64,000 nucleotides of DNA from Chlamydiota bacterium (GTDB lineage Bacteria; Chlamydiota; Chlamydiia; Chlamydiales; SM23-39): assembly GCA_031423235.1 (NCBI GenBank), contig JANPFC010000054.1, positions 13,691 to 77,690 on the forward strand. Direction: 5' to 3'. Position numbers and translations under genes: made by a program. Within the stretch, counting starts at the first letter, position 1, and every line of letters starts with the position of its first letter. Positions 54,322 to 63,125 of the stretch are shown piece by piece. Under the pieces are notes generated by a model. The model was not told the origin of the DNA and made no database searches. It worked only from the letters and a program-made list of their open reading frames with translations.

Positions 54322-56377
54322 ATTTCCCTATAATCGTGCCATTTATAATTTCAGAAATTAAGTCTTGATAATCTTGCTGCATAAAGTAATGCCCGCCTAG
54401 ACCAACCTCTGTCTCCCCTTGCTTGACAACCTCAACCTCTGCGTTTACTTTTGCAGCTTCAATTCCAGCCAAGCCTTTATTGCATATCTTTGATGGCCAA
54501 TCTTTATCTCCAATCGCATTATAAACTTCGCAAGCCAGATGATTTTCTATAATGGCTGTTGTCCCAGTCGTAATTACAACAATCGTCTCCTGATACTCCG
54601 GGGGGAGCTGCTTGAGAGCCTCCCTAAACACATGCCCTCCGTTGCTGAATGTAACATGAACCTGTTTCAGCTTAGGGTTATCTCTCGCAATGATGTTTTT
54701 GGCTATCCTTGATAGGCTTTCCACTTCATAATCAATCGACCTTTGAATTTGTGAATTTTCAAGCAAAAACCCTGGCGCTTCTAAAACAAGTGGGGAAAAC
54801 ACGCCCAGACCCACATTTGATATATCATTGAATGCCGTTTCAAGCTGCTCTAATCCCACAAAAGCCAACCCTCTCACAATATTACTTGCATGCAGCAAAT
54901 GAGGTTGAACTGCGAACGCCTTATCTAAAGTTTCAGTTAGCCGCAGCCCACCTTCTACTATAGAAGAAAAGTCGTTGTTAATACCACAATGAAAATGGAT
55001 TGTACTCTGATCTAGATATCCAATAAGAGGGACTTCACGAAATGGCGCAGCTGGCTTTTGAGATGACAGGGACGACGCATAATTATCCCTTAAGATCGAA
55101 GTATCAACCTGCACTTTCGGATACCTTGCTTGAATTATCTGTAAACTCGCTAAGTATTTGGCTTCATCGGCCTCATTTAAAACATCTCTAACCAAATCGC
55201 GAAATTCTTGAGAGGAATGTTTCGGCTCTCTAGCAAGCAAATTAGCTACATAGTCAGGATCTAGGGTCTTATTTAGTTCCATTTCAATCAGATGCGTGAA
55301 CTCAAGGCTAGAAGGAGGACGGGAGTCTTTAGACAGCAACTGATCCAAATAGTCGGGTGCACGAACTTCTTTAAGTTTCTGATCAATCAACTCAATGAAT
55401 GGCTGATTTGGAGAGGGCCGCGATTCTGTACGCACGAAATCGCGAGCCTCTTTAAGGTTCGCTTCAATCAGCTCGATGAATTGCCGATTCGGAGAAGGTA
55501 GCGGTGACGCTGGAAGATTGGATCCCACTTGCGGAGCGCTTAAATATGGATCCGAGAGGCCGAACTGCTCATATAACTGAGACACATAGTCTTCCCCATA
55601 CAATGTTTCTAGACTCAGTTGAGAATATGTGGTTTGATACAAGGGTGGTTCTGGAAGCGTAGGGGCTGGGGGCGCTATTTCCGAGGGAAGGCTAATTTCT
55701 TGAAACGGAAGAGCCGAAGGGATGGCGAATTCTTCTATTAGTTCTAAATGGGAGGATATCGGAGAAAGATCTTCAGCAAGCGATACTCCTTCGGGAGAAG
55801 GCTCTGGAAATGGAATTTGTGTACTTGATTCTAGTTTATCATCGGGAGAATCTGCTGCAAGAGAATTGATTAATGCAGCGCCCCCGGCAACGGCTGCTTG
55901 TGTCCCTGTACCTGCTGTATAAACTGCTACTGCAACTACAGCTGCTGCCGTAACTACAATGCAGGTTCCTATGATAATTTCTTTCTTGTGATCTTCCCAA
56001 AATTCCTGAACAGATTCGCATGTTTTTTGAGCTACTTCGCAAGTGCTTTTCCAAGCATCTGAAGCAATATCGCAAGTTTTATTCCAGGTGTTCTTCCACC
56101 CCTTTGAAAATTTTTTTCCCCAACCAGATTGTTGAACTTCCCATCCATTAGCCTTGCGAATCAGAATAGCAATTTGCTTCTCAGGAAAGGCTAGTACCCG
56201 ACTTTGAATATCACCAAAAGAAAGGAGTTCTGTGATGCGAAGTACTGAGCCAGCAAGAAACGCCGGAATATCTCCGCATGAAAGATTCCGTCCATACCAC
56301 CTGGACACCAAAGCAGCAAAGTCATCGCGAGAATAGAAAGATTCTCCTAGAGAATCTATAGATAAATCGACGCTCAT
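54308..56377 (-). CDS. Membrane-anchored protein with C-terminal Ser-Asp-His alpha/beta-hydrolase-like domain (cassette 1)
   Basis: ATG at 56377 (MSVDLSIDSL, parallel to the paralogue's MSSDLSIDSL). TM segment IIIGTCIVVTAAAVVAVAVY. Conserved blocks STIHFHCGI, VTFSNGG, IGDKD, GGHYF. Confidence 0.8.
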   Translation of the reverse strand: MSVDLSIDSLGESFYSRDDFAALVSRWYGRNLSCGDIPAFLAGSVLRITELLSFGDIQSRVLAFPEKQIAILIRKANGWEVQQSGWGKKFSKGWKNTWNKTCDIASDAWKSTCEVAQKTCESVQEFWEDHKKEIIIGTCIVVTAAAVVAVAVYTAGTGTQAAVAGGAALINSLAADSPDDKLESSTQIPFPEPSPEGVSLAEDLSPISSHLELIEEFAIPSALPFQEISLPSEIAPPAPTLPEPPLYQTTYSQLSLETLYGEDYVSQLYEQFGLSDPYLSAPQVGSNLPASPLPSPNRQFIELIEANLKEARDFVRTESRPSPNQPFIELIDQKLKEVRAPDYLDQLLSKDSRPPSSLEFTHLIEMELNKTLDPDYVANLLAREPKHSSQEFRDLVRDVLNEADEAKYLASLQIIQARYPKVQVDTSILRDNYASSLSSQKPAAPFREVPLIGYLDQSTIHFHCGINNDFSSIVEGGLRLTETLDKAFAVQPHLLHASNIVRGLAFVGLEQLETAFNDISNVGLGVFSPLVLEAPGFLLENSQIQRSIDYEVESLSRIAKNIIARDNPKLKQVHVTFSNGGHVFREALKQLPPEYQETIVVITTGTTAIIENHLACEVYNAIGDKDWPSKICNKGLAGIEAAKVNAEVEVVKQGETEVGLGGHYFMQQDYQDLISEIINGTIIGKYEIY

Positions 56378-56562
56378 AGTACCCCCCAAAAAATATTAGA
56401 GGGACGATGCTAATAAATTTTTAATTTATTGAGAATAAATAATTTTGACGATAAATCTGTACTGACGCAAACAATTCCCATCTTGACCTTAATTATAAAT
56501 CCGCTATTATATGTGCCAAAAATGGCATTATTTGGTTTAAAACCATCAACTTAAGGTGATTC

Positions 56563-57504
56563 ATGAAGCCGGTCGAAATTTTTATCCGATACTCAGACCT
56601 AAACACGCAGCTCGATAAAGTAACAACGCTCTCGCAAGATGGTAATCTTATTTTTAACGATGATGGGGAAGGCTTTAAAGCCCATTTGAAAACAATAGGT
56701 AAATTCGCTCTATTAACTGCAGCTTCACCCTTAATTTCCCTAGCCCGCCTGGTCCGCTCTGCAGCCTTTATCTTTATGGGAGAAGGGAAAAGCGCTGGAC
56801 GCGAATTTCTAGGAGCGCTAGCCACACCGTTGATTACAACCGGATGCTTAGCTGGCTCCCTCCTCTCTTCTCTTGTATATGTACTCTCCTCTGGCAATGC
56901 CACTTTCTATACCAGCATGAGAAGAACCTATGGTGCTTTCGAAGCATGGGTCAATCAAGTCAATCTGAAATCACCGGATCTTCGAAGCTACTCCCAAAGA
57001 GTCAGCGGCACATTGGAAGCCTTCAAAGGAAGGATCTGGACAACGGCTCCTTGCATGCAGCCGATGTTTGAAAACGGGCTTGAAGAACGGGGCGGTCTAT
57101 TAGATCAAGCTAGAATCCAAAAGCTATTCCCCTCGCTTCAAGTCAATGAGGTTCTTATGGAACAGGACAGAGTCGTCATTCAGAGCGAATATGCAAATAG
57201 CAATGTTCACTACACAGCATGCGGCGGAGCCTATGAGCACAGAAAAGTGTCATCGGACCTTTGCTGCTGCTACCGGGTCGAAACAGTTTATGACCGGATC
57301 CTCTGCTGCGAGCTCGGCCAAGGAACCTGTTCGTCAATAAGCAATTCAGGCGACACATGCGGCATCGTAACCTGCGGATGCGGCGGTGTTGGCGCTTGCT
57401 GCTGCTACACCAAAGAGAACAACACTTTGACCTCTGTCAATACGGGATGTTTCGGTCCTGAAGGCTTATTCTATACAGCCGGATTGCAAAGAGTTACAGG
57501 GTAA
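56563..57504 (+). CDS. Hypothetical protein with paired hydrophobic segments and Cys-cluster C-terminal region
   Basis: FALLTAASPLISLARLVRSAAFIF...LGALATPLITTGCLAGSLLSSLVYVL. 14 Cys in the last ~90 aa, including CCC, CC and CCC runs. Confidence 0.6.
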   Translation: MKPVEIFIRYSDLNTQLDKVTTLSQDGNLIFNDDGEGFKAHLKTIGKFALLTAASPLISLARLVRSAAFIFMGEGKSAGREFLGALATPLITTGCLAGSLLSSLVYVLSSGNATFYTSMRRTYGAFEAWVNQVNLKSPDLRSYSQRVSGTLEAFKGRIWTTAPCMQPMFENGLEERGGLLDQARIQKLFPSLQVNEVLMEQDRVVIQSEYANSNVHYTACGGAYEHRKVSSDLCCCYRVETVYDRILCCELGQGTCSSISNSGDTCGIVTCGCGGVGACCCYTKENNTLTSVNTGCFGPEGLFYTAGLQRVTG

Positions 57505-57599
57505 AACTCCTATTGACTTCATTTTATAGTCAGCCTAGAATCCGACCCGAATTTTTTTTGAGTCGAACTGGAATCTGAACTGAACAATAGGAATTGACT

Positions 57600-58022
57600 A
57601 TGACACATGCACTCCGCTCTCTTTCTCAGTATTTACCTAACGCTACTAGCATGAAAAGACACCTCGAAGCCGCTAAGGAAGGGATTCTATTGGGTAGCGC
57701 AGGAGGAATCATCGCGAGCGCTATTACCCGCATTACATCGATTGTTTCCGGCGGAGTTTTTGGAACTCTATACGGTACATTAGGAGCCTGCCTTGATTAC
57801 AAATTTCGGACAATGCGGCCTGGGACAAGCGCCATCCCCAGGATCCTACTTGCCAATGCGATAGCCATACCAGCAGCAACACTTGCTCTCAAAGCGCTTG
57901 GGACAACTTTAAACCCTTCCGAGGCTCTTCAAATGAGTGCGGTTGCACAAATTAGCGGAGTCATCTTCAACGCATTGAATGATAGAGCGCAAAAGTTTTG
58001 GGAAAAACCAAAGGAATGCTAG
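57600..58022 (+). CDS. Small hypothetical membrane protein (Gly/Ala-rich hydrophobic segments)
   Basis: ATG at 57600. The track start at 57594 is a TTG. Confidence 0.5.
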   Translation: MTHALRSLSQYLPNATSMKRHLEAAKEGILLGSAGGIIASAITRITSIVSGGVFGTLYGTLGACLDYKFRTMRPGTSAIPRILLANAIAIPAATLALKALGTTLNPSEALQMSAVAQISGVIFNALNDRAQKFWEKPKEC

Positions 58023-58028
58023 CCATCT

Positions 58029-58823
58029 CTATGACTTCAGAAATTCAATCACGAGTTTGTTGAACTCCTCGGGCATTTCTGCATGAACAGCGTGACCCAT
58101 TTCGGGGATTATCTTCAACTTCACGTTGTTCATTGACTTGGCGAGCTTTTGGAATTCTTTCGGCGGGGCAAGAATATCCTCTTCCCCGCAAATAGCTAAA
58201 ATGGGCGCGGTGATATTTTTCAACCACTTCCTCGAGTCGAATTTAAGCAACGCATCCAATTGGAGTTTATGGTCCGATTCGGATTGGGGCGCTGGGTTGC
58301 TCGTAAAAATATCAACAAAAGCAGATACCGCATGGGTATTTGCCATAAAGCTATTTGATAAGATCCAAGGCATTACAGACTCGGCGAGACGAGCTGGACG
58401 GGCGCCATCCATCCGCAAATGATAAATAAACGACAACGCGGCAGCACCGACAGCGGTCATCTTAGGAAACGGATAGGCGAGAACGCATTTCCCGATCTCA
58501 TCCCCATGTTTTGCAGCAACCGTCTGAACCACCGCGCTTCCCATTGACGAGCCCAATACATGCGGCTTCTTCAATTTAAGCGCCCTAATGATGCCGATCG
58601 TATCGCTTGCCATATCATCCACCGTGTAGGGATCTTGTGCATGATCGGACTGGCCAGATCCGCGATTATCGATCAAATACAATTGGAAATGTTCTGCGAG
58701 TCCAGCGCGAATGGAATCGTAGAGATGGATATCGCAAGTATAGGCGGGGACGAGGACTAAGGGATGACCTTTTCCCTCAATTTCATAGTAAAAGTGGCGG
58801 TTTCCAAGTTTGATCTTAGGCAT
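58029..58823 (-). CDS. Alpha/beta hydrolase (haloperoxidase/esterase-like)
   Basis: Nucleophile elbow GSSMGS (HVLGSSMGSAV), oxyanion-region LVLVPAY, and C-terminal His (MGHAVHAE). Confidence 0.8.
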   Translation of the reverse strand: MPKIKLGNRHFYYEIEGKGHPLVLVPAYTCDIHLYDSIRAGLAEHFQLYLIDNRGSGQSDHAQDPYTVDDMASDTIGIIRALKLKKPHVLGSSMGSAVVQTVAAKHGDEIGKCVLAYPFPKMTAVGAAALSFIYHLRMDGARPARLAESVMPWILSNSFMANTHAVSAFVDIFTSNPAPQSESDHKLQLDALLKFDSRKWLKNITAPILAICGEEDILAPPKEFQKLAKSMNNVKLKIIPEMGHAVHAEMPEEFNKLVIEFLKS

Positions 58824-58892
58824 AAGCTCCTTCTAAAATTTCCAATTTACAAGAGGCTTAAATGAAGATCAAGCGATCAGCAAAACTAGTTT

Positions 58893-59585
58893 TTAATATT
58901 CGATCCCCAGATCAGCAAGCTGCTTAGTCAGCTCTTCAAAGGAAGTGAAATGAACTCCACGTATGCCCACATCTGAGGCTCCTTTTACATTAACCACCAG
59001 ATCATCGATAAAGATACACTCTTCCGGTTGTTTCTGAATCAGTTCCAACACCGAGAGGTAACTGCGGGGATCGGGTTTTTTTAGTCCAATCTGGAAGGAG
59101 AGGACAACCGGGTCAAAAAGAGCATAGAGTTCTTGATTGCAGGCTGCATGGGAAGGGATCGTATCTGAAAGTAAAGGAGTTGCATATCCAGCAGCCTTTA
59201 GTTTTTTGACCAAATCAATCATTTGAGGATTTGGCAAATGCTCATGCCTTAGATAATGCTCTTGCCATAGTTCGGCCCAGTTTTCACACAGCTTGCCGCC
59301 AATAGACGATGCGAATTGCTCCCAAAAATAGTTCTCATCCACTTTCCCCGTGTTCAGTTCTTTGACTTGGACCCAAAAGCGACTTTTAACCTCTTCCTTA
59401 GACAGAGGAGAATCCAAAGACTCCCGAATGAATTGCATAGTGTCGGCTCCATCGGAGTGAATAACGACGCCGCCAAAATCAAAAATGATCGCGGTTTTCC
59501 GTGGATTTTCGTCCTGCATTTTCACCTGAGCCATAAGGGGTAATACGAAGGCTATCAGAATCGATAAATATTTAAGAGCTCTCAT
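58893..59585 (-). CDS. HAD-superfamily hydrolase with N-terminal signal-like segment
   Basis: Motif I AIIFDFGGVV and motif IV-like CIFIDDLVVNV. Confidence 0.75.
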   Translation of the reverse strand: MRALKYLSILIAFVLPLMAQVKMQDENPRKTAIIFDFGGVVIHSDGADTMQFIRESLDSPLSKEEVKSRFWVQVKELNTGKVDENYFWEQFASSIGGKLCENWAELWQEHYLRHEHLPNPQMIDLVKKLKAAGYATPLLSDTIPSHAACNQELYALFDPVVLSFQIGLKKPDPRSYLSVLELIQKQPEECIFIDDLVVNVKGASDVGIRGVHFTSFEELTKQLADLGIEY

Positions 59586-59926
59586 AATAATTGGTGTTCC
59601 ACAGCTGTGAATTTCGTCTTGAATCTACCACACTTCGAAAGAGAGTGCAATGAGGCTTCCGCACAGAGCAACTGTCGCGAAGCCAACCACTTACAATCTA
59701 AATTGTTATAAAGTTATAACACTTCCATCTTGTTATAAGATTACAACAAAACAGCAAAACAAACTGATCACCTTCCCGATCGGCATTTTCTGAACGGGGG
59801 TTTATCTCCTAATGACAATCGTTGCTGCTCAAAAAGTCGATGAAGATCATTTCGCCCCGAACGAATCCCATTCGTGCGATTAAGACGCTTCCCGGTTCAT
59901 TGACCAAGCCCGTATTCAGCCTAGCT

Positions 59927-60160
59927 CTAAGCGTAACGTGAAGCATACTTATCGATTAGTTTTCTAATCATTGTTTGATAATTCGTATGGTATTTCTCTG
60001 CTTCATTTTTAAAGAATTCAATGCTCGACTTAGTTAAGGATATGGTGATTTTCGTGGTCTCTTCTTTCAGAACCAGATCCTTAGGTTGAGGTAGAAAGTC
60101 ATCGACTATTTTAATTTTTCCAATAGCCTTATCTGTATATTTAACTTTGCGCTTTTTCAT
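59927..60160 (-). CDS. brnA: BrnA-type antitoxin (CopG/RHH-like)
   Basis: ATG at 60160 follows GGGAGGA. ISLTKSSIEFFKNEAEKYHTNYQTMIRKLIDKYA is typical of BrnA. Overlaps brnT by 20 nt. Confidence 0.8.
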   Translation of the reverse strand: MKKRKVKYTDKAIGKIKIVDDFLPQPKDLVLKEETTKITISLTKSSIEFFKNEAEKYHTNYQTMIRKLIDKYASRYA

Positions 60161-60422
60161 AAATTTTCCTCCCTTGTCTCCAATAGCCTGCGCCAAAAAT
60201 GCGAATAGTTTGGTTTCTATAGGTAAATCGGACGGTCATAACCATCCCCTCTACCATGCCAAAACAGTAATACCGGATTTCATTTTTCGAGTGTTCTAAA
60301 TCTTGAGCAATGATTCGGTGTGGATCTAAAAAGGCTTGTTGCGCATCAAAAAACGAAATGCCGTGCTTTGAAACATTCATTGCCTCTTTCTTAGAATCCC
60401 ATTCAAAAGCTGTTTTGTTCAT
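60141..60422 (-). CDS. brnT: BrnT-family (DUF497) toxin
   Basis: FEWDSKKEAMNVSKHGISFFDAQQAFLDP...IRIFGAGYW matches the BrnT pattern. Confidence 0.85.
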   Translation of the reverse strand: MNKTAFEWDSKKEAMNVSKHGISFFDAQQAFLDPHRIIAQDLEHSKNEIRYYCFGMVEGMVMTVRFTYRNQTIRIFGAGYWRQGRKIYEKAQS

Positions 60423-60675
60423 ATCTCATAATATTGCCAAGTACCCATATATTTAACCATATATTTTTGTGGCTGTATTTACAAGGCAAGGCGTGGGTAT
60501 GCTTACCGCTTTTCTCGTGGACCAACTTTGGACCAAATAAGATTGGGAAAACACATCCGGCAAATTCAAGCTGCAGTGGTATGCGGTTTAAGCAAGCGTG
60601 GCTGAAATAGTCATAATGCGCAGATCTTTAGATCTGCAGTGAGTAGCGAAAAGGTTCGAACCAACCTCTTCCGGA

Positions 60676-60790
60676 AATAAAAAAAAACTCAGCACGAAGC
60701 TGAGGTTTGTTTTCTTTCGGACGCAGTGGGGACCAATTCGTACCGAGTCGCTCACCTCCCCTTCCAGAGCAAAATCCCCTTCAATGAGAG
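60676..60790 (+). repeat. Direct repeat copy 1 (~110 bp) upstream of cassette 2, including a terminator-like hairpin
   Basis: Aligns by eye at about three-quarters identity with 63716-63828 (aaaaaaaa..ctcagc....gctgagg.tttgttttc..gga....accaattcg.acc....cgctc.cctccccttcca....aaaatcccc). Confidence 0.75.
60688..60719 (+). terminator. Terminator-like hairpin plus T-rich tract (CTCAGC-acgaa-GCTGAG-gtttgttttctttc)
   Basis: 6-bp stem with a T-rich tail and an A-run upstream. No obvious plus-strand gene ends here, so it is probably inherited with the repeat. Confidence 0.4.
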
Positions 60791-61028
60791 CATGCCCGCT
60801 TACCAACAGTTTTCCAAATAAATCAAACACTTAAAAACACATGGCATGAATGATCAGGCAATCGCTACCTGTATGAGGATTATAAGAAAAATAGTTAAAA
60901 TAATGTTATGTTGTAGCCAAAGACACTTGATTTGGAAAGCACCATAGGATGAATTTAGACTGAGCTATGAACATTTACATAAAATAAATATCTTTATATA
61001 GTGCCTGACCCAACCCAGTAGGGACACT

Positions 61029-63125
61029 ATGAGTTCAGATCTATCTATTGATTCTCTCGACAATTCTTTGAGTGAGTTTTATCTTGCGCCCCCTCTCAAT
61101 TACAGTGACTGGAACGGGTACCAAATTACTTGGAGAGATGTTCCTGAAATTCGTTCCGAAGTGGAACGCCGAATCTTACAGATTTACAATTCGGGCAATC
61201 ATGTCCTTGCTTTACAATTGGCAAACCTATACTTCGAGCAAATTTATCCCCGTTATGAAATCCAACAAGTGAAATCGTCTAAGCCAGGCATATTCGATTC
61301 TGAGGAGAACCTTGGAGAGTGGCTGAAGTATGCTAGAGAATTCCATGACAGGTTAATAGAAGAACAGAATGTGGTACTGGGCGAAGTTGGATTAATTGAT
61401 CCCCCACCCCCTCTTGAACCGATTTCAGAAACCAATTACCCAGCTCTTTGGGCTCATCAGGTATATTGCCTGGAAAATGGGATTGCCCTATCAACACCAA
61501 AGTCTCACTCAGGTGGATTGAAGGAATTTTGGAAAGAACATAAAACAGCGATCATTATTGCCGCCGTTGTCATTGTTGTTGCCGTTACCGTTGTTGTTGT
61601 CATTGTAACAACGGGAGGGACAGGTACAAGTATTGCAGTCGCATCGGGAGCGGCGGCGGCTCAAGCCGCAATTGATGATTACAATTCCTCTGAGGATCCC
61701 AATCTACAGAATTTGCAATACGAATCCAACGTCAATGAGGGAATACAAAATTTTGCCAAGGCAATTGGTGCAACCGATGTGAATAACGCCAATGGGGCAA
61801 TCACTCTCATTGAGACGAACTCCATATCATCAAAGCTTACCCCTGAAATTTTGACAGATCTTGTAAGTAATTGGAACCAGAACCTGGCTATGGGCAAAGT
61901 TGCAGTAGCAACTGGCGAGCAATCAGAAATCGCATTTCACTCTCCAATCCTGCAGCCTACCATTCAACATTTCACTGTGAATGAAAGCACTGTTTCTTTA
62001 GGACATCCTCAAGTATCAAATCCACTTGAACAATTAGATCCACAACCTATGAGTCTTCTGCCTTGGGTCACTGAAGGAATTAGCTACCTCCAATGGAAGG
62101 AGAGAAATTATCTCGAACAATTGTTCAAAGAATTTGAAAATATGGATAGTACGTCTGCAAGCAACAATGTGGCTTCAGCCCAATCGACTCCCGATGAAGC
62201 TCATCCTAAAATTACAAATCCAAGCGAATGGATTGAATTGCCTCAGGAGACAAGGCCACGATTTAATGATCGAATTGTAGAGGATTATCTAAATGATATA
62301 GAAAGAAGCCCAAATCGCACCAAAAAAAATAATTTCGCTTCAAGGGCAGATCATTTTTTCGACAGCTTTCAATCGCCGCCTCCATATCCAAAAATGGACC
62401 TCATTGGAAATCTTGATCAAAGCACCATCCATTACCATTGTGGTATAGGCAATAGTGATTCCGATATAATCGAAGGAGGAACTTGTCTATATGGAACACT
62501 AGGTGAAGAATTTGCAGTTCAACCTCATCTCATTCACTCAGATCGTGTAGGATCGGGACTTGGCTTTGTTGCTCTGGAACAAATTGAGAAGAACCAGGCT
62601 CAAGTCAGAGAATTGCAGCAAGGATTTTATTTTAGAGAAGATGATACACTAAGACTCCCTCAAGTGATTCTCGATTACTCTAACATCCAAAAATCGATCG
62701 ATTACGAGGTTGAAAATCTATCCAAGATCGCTCAAAATATAATTAAGCAAGGAAATCCAAACTTGAAGCAATTGCATGTGACATTCAGCAATGGTGGTTA
62801 TATCTTCAACGAAGCATTAAAACAGCTGCCTTCTGAATATCGAGAAACAATTATTGTTGTTACAACAGGTACTACAAAGATTGTAGATTATGATTCCGCC
62901 CATAAAGTATATAATATAATAGGAGATAAAGACAAAGGTTCGCAATTATGTAATGGAGGATTGAGTGGAATTGAAAAAGCAAAAGACAGGACTGATGTGA
63001 GAGTAATTCCGCAAACAGAAACTCAGAAATGGGTAGGCGGTCATTACTTTATCCAACCAAACTACCAAGAAGCAATTTTGGACTATTTAAAAGACGAGGT
63101 AATTAACAAATATGAGATTTATTAG
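61029..63125 (+). CDS. Membrane-anchored protein with C-terminal Ser-Asp-His alpha/beta-hydrolase-like domain (cassette 2)
   Basis: 698 aa. MSSDLSIDSL. TM segment AIIIAAVVIVVAVTVVVVIV. Blocks STIHYHCGI, VTFSNGG (Ser codon 62787-62789), IGDKD, GGHYF. Confidence 0.8.
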   Translation: MSSDLSIDSLDNSLSEFYLAPPLNYSDWNGYQITWRDVPEIRSEVERRILQIYNSGNHVLALQLANLYFEQIYPRYEIQQVKSSKPGIFDSEENLGEWLKYAREFHDRLIEEQNVVLGEVGLIDPPPPLEPISETNYPALWAHQVYCLENGIALSTPKSHSGGLKEFWKEHKTAIIIAAVVIVVAVTVVVVIVTTGGTGTSIAVASGAAAAQAAIDDYNSSEDPNLQNLQYESNVNEGIQNFAKAIGATDVNNANGAITLIETNSISSKLTPEILTDLVSNWNQNLAMGKVAVATGEQSEIAFHSPILQPTIQHFTVNESTVSLGHPQVSNPLEQLDPQPMSLLPWVTEGISYLQWKERNYLEQLFKEFENMDSTSASNNVASAQSTPDEAHPKITNPSEWIELPQETRPRFNDRIVEDYLNDIERSPNRTKKNNFASRADHFFDSFQSPPPYPKMDLIGNLDQSTIHYHCGIGNSDSDIIEGGTCLYGTLGEEFAVQPHLIHSDRVGSGLGFVALEQIEKNQAQVRELQQGFYFREDDTLRLPQVILDYSNIQKSIDYEVENLSKIAQNIIKQGNPNLKQLHVTFSNGGYIFNEALKQLPSEYRETIIVVTTGTTKIVDYDSAHKVYNIIGDKDKGSQLCNGGLSGIEKAKDRTDVRVIPQTETQKWVGGHYFIQPNYQEAILDYLKDEVINKYEIY

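Noticed and set aside
60588-60830. 80-aa minus-strand ORF and tRNA-like GGTTCGAACC motifs in the brnT-to-cassette-2 spacer
   Set aside because: I could not fold any cloverleaf. GGTTCGAACC is just a palindrome, and there is no matching T-stem or acceptor stem. The ORF runs through three hairpins and the direct repeat. It is best treated as repeat and terminator debris.
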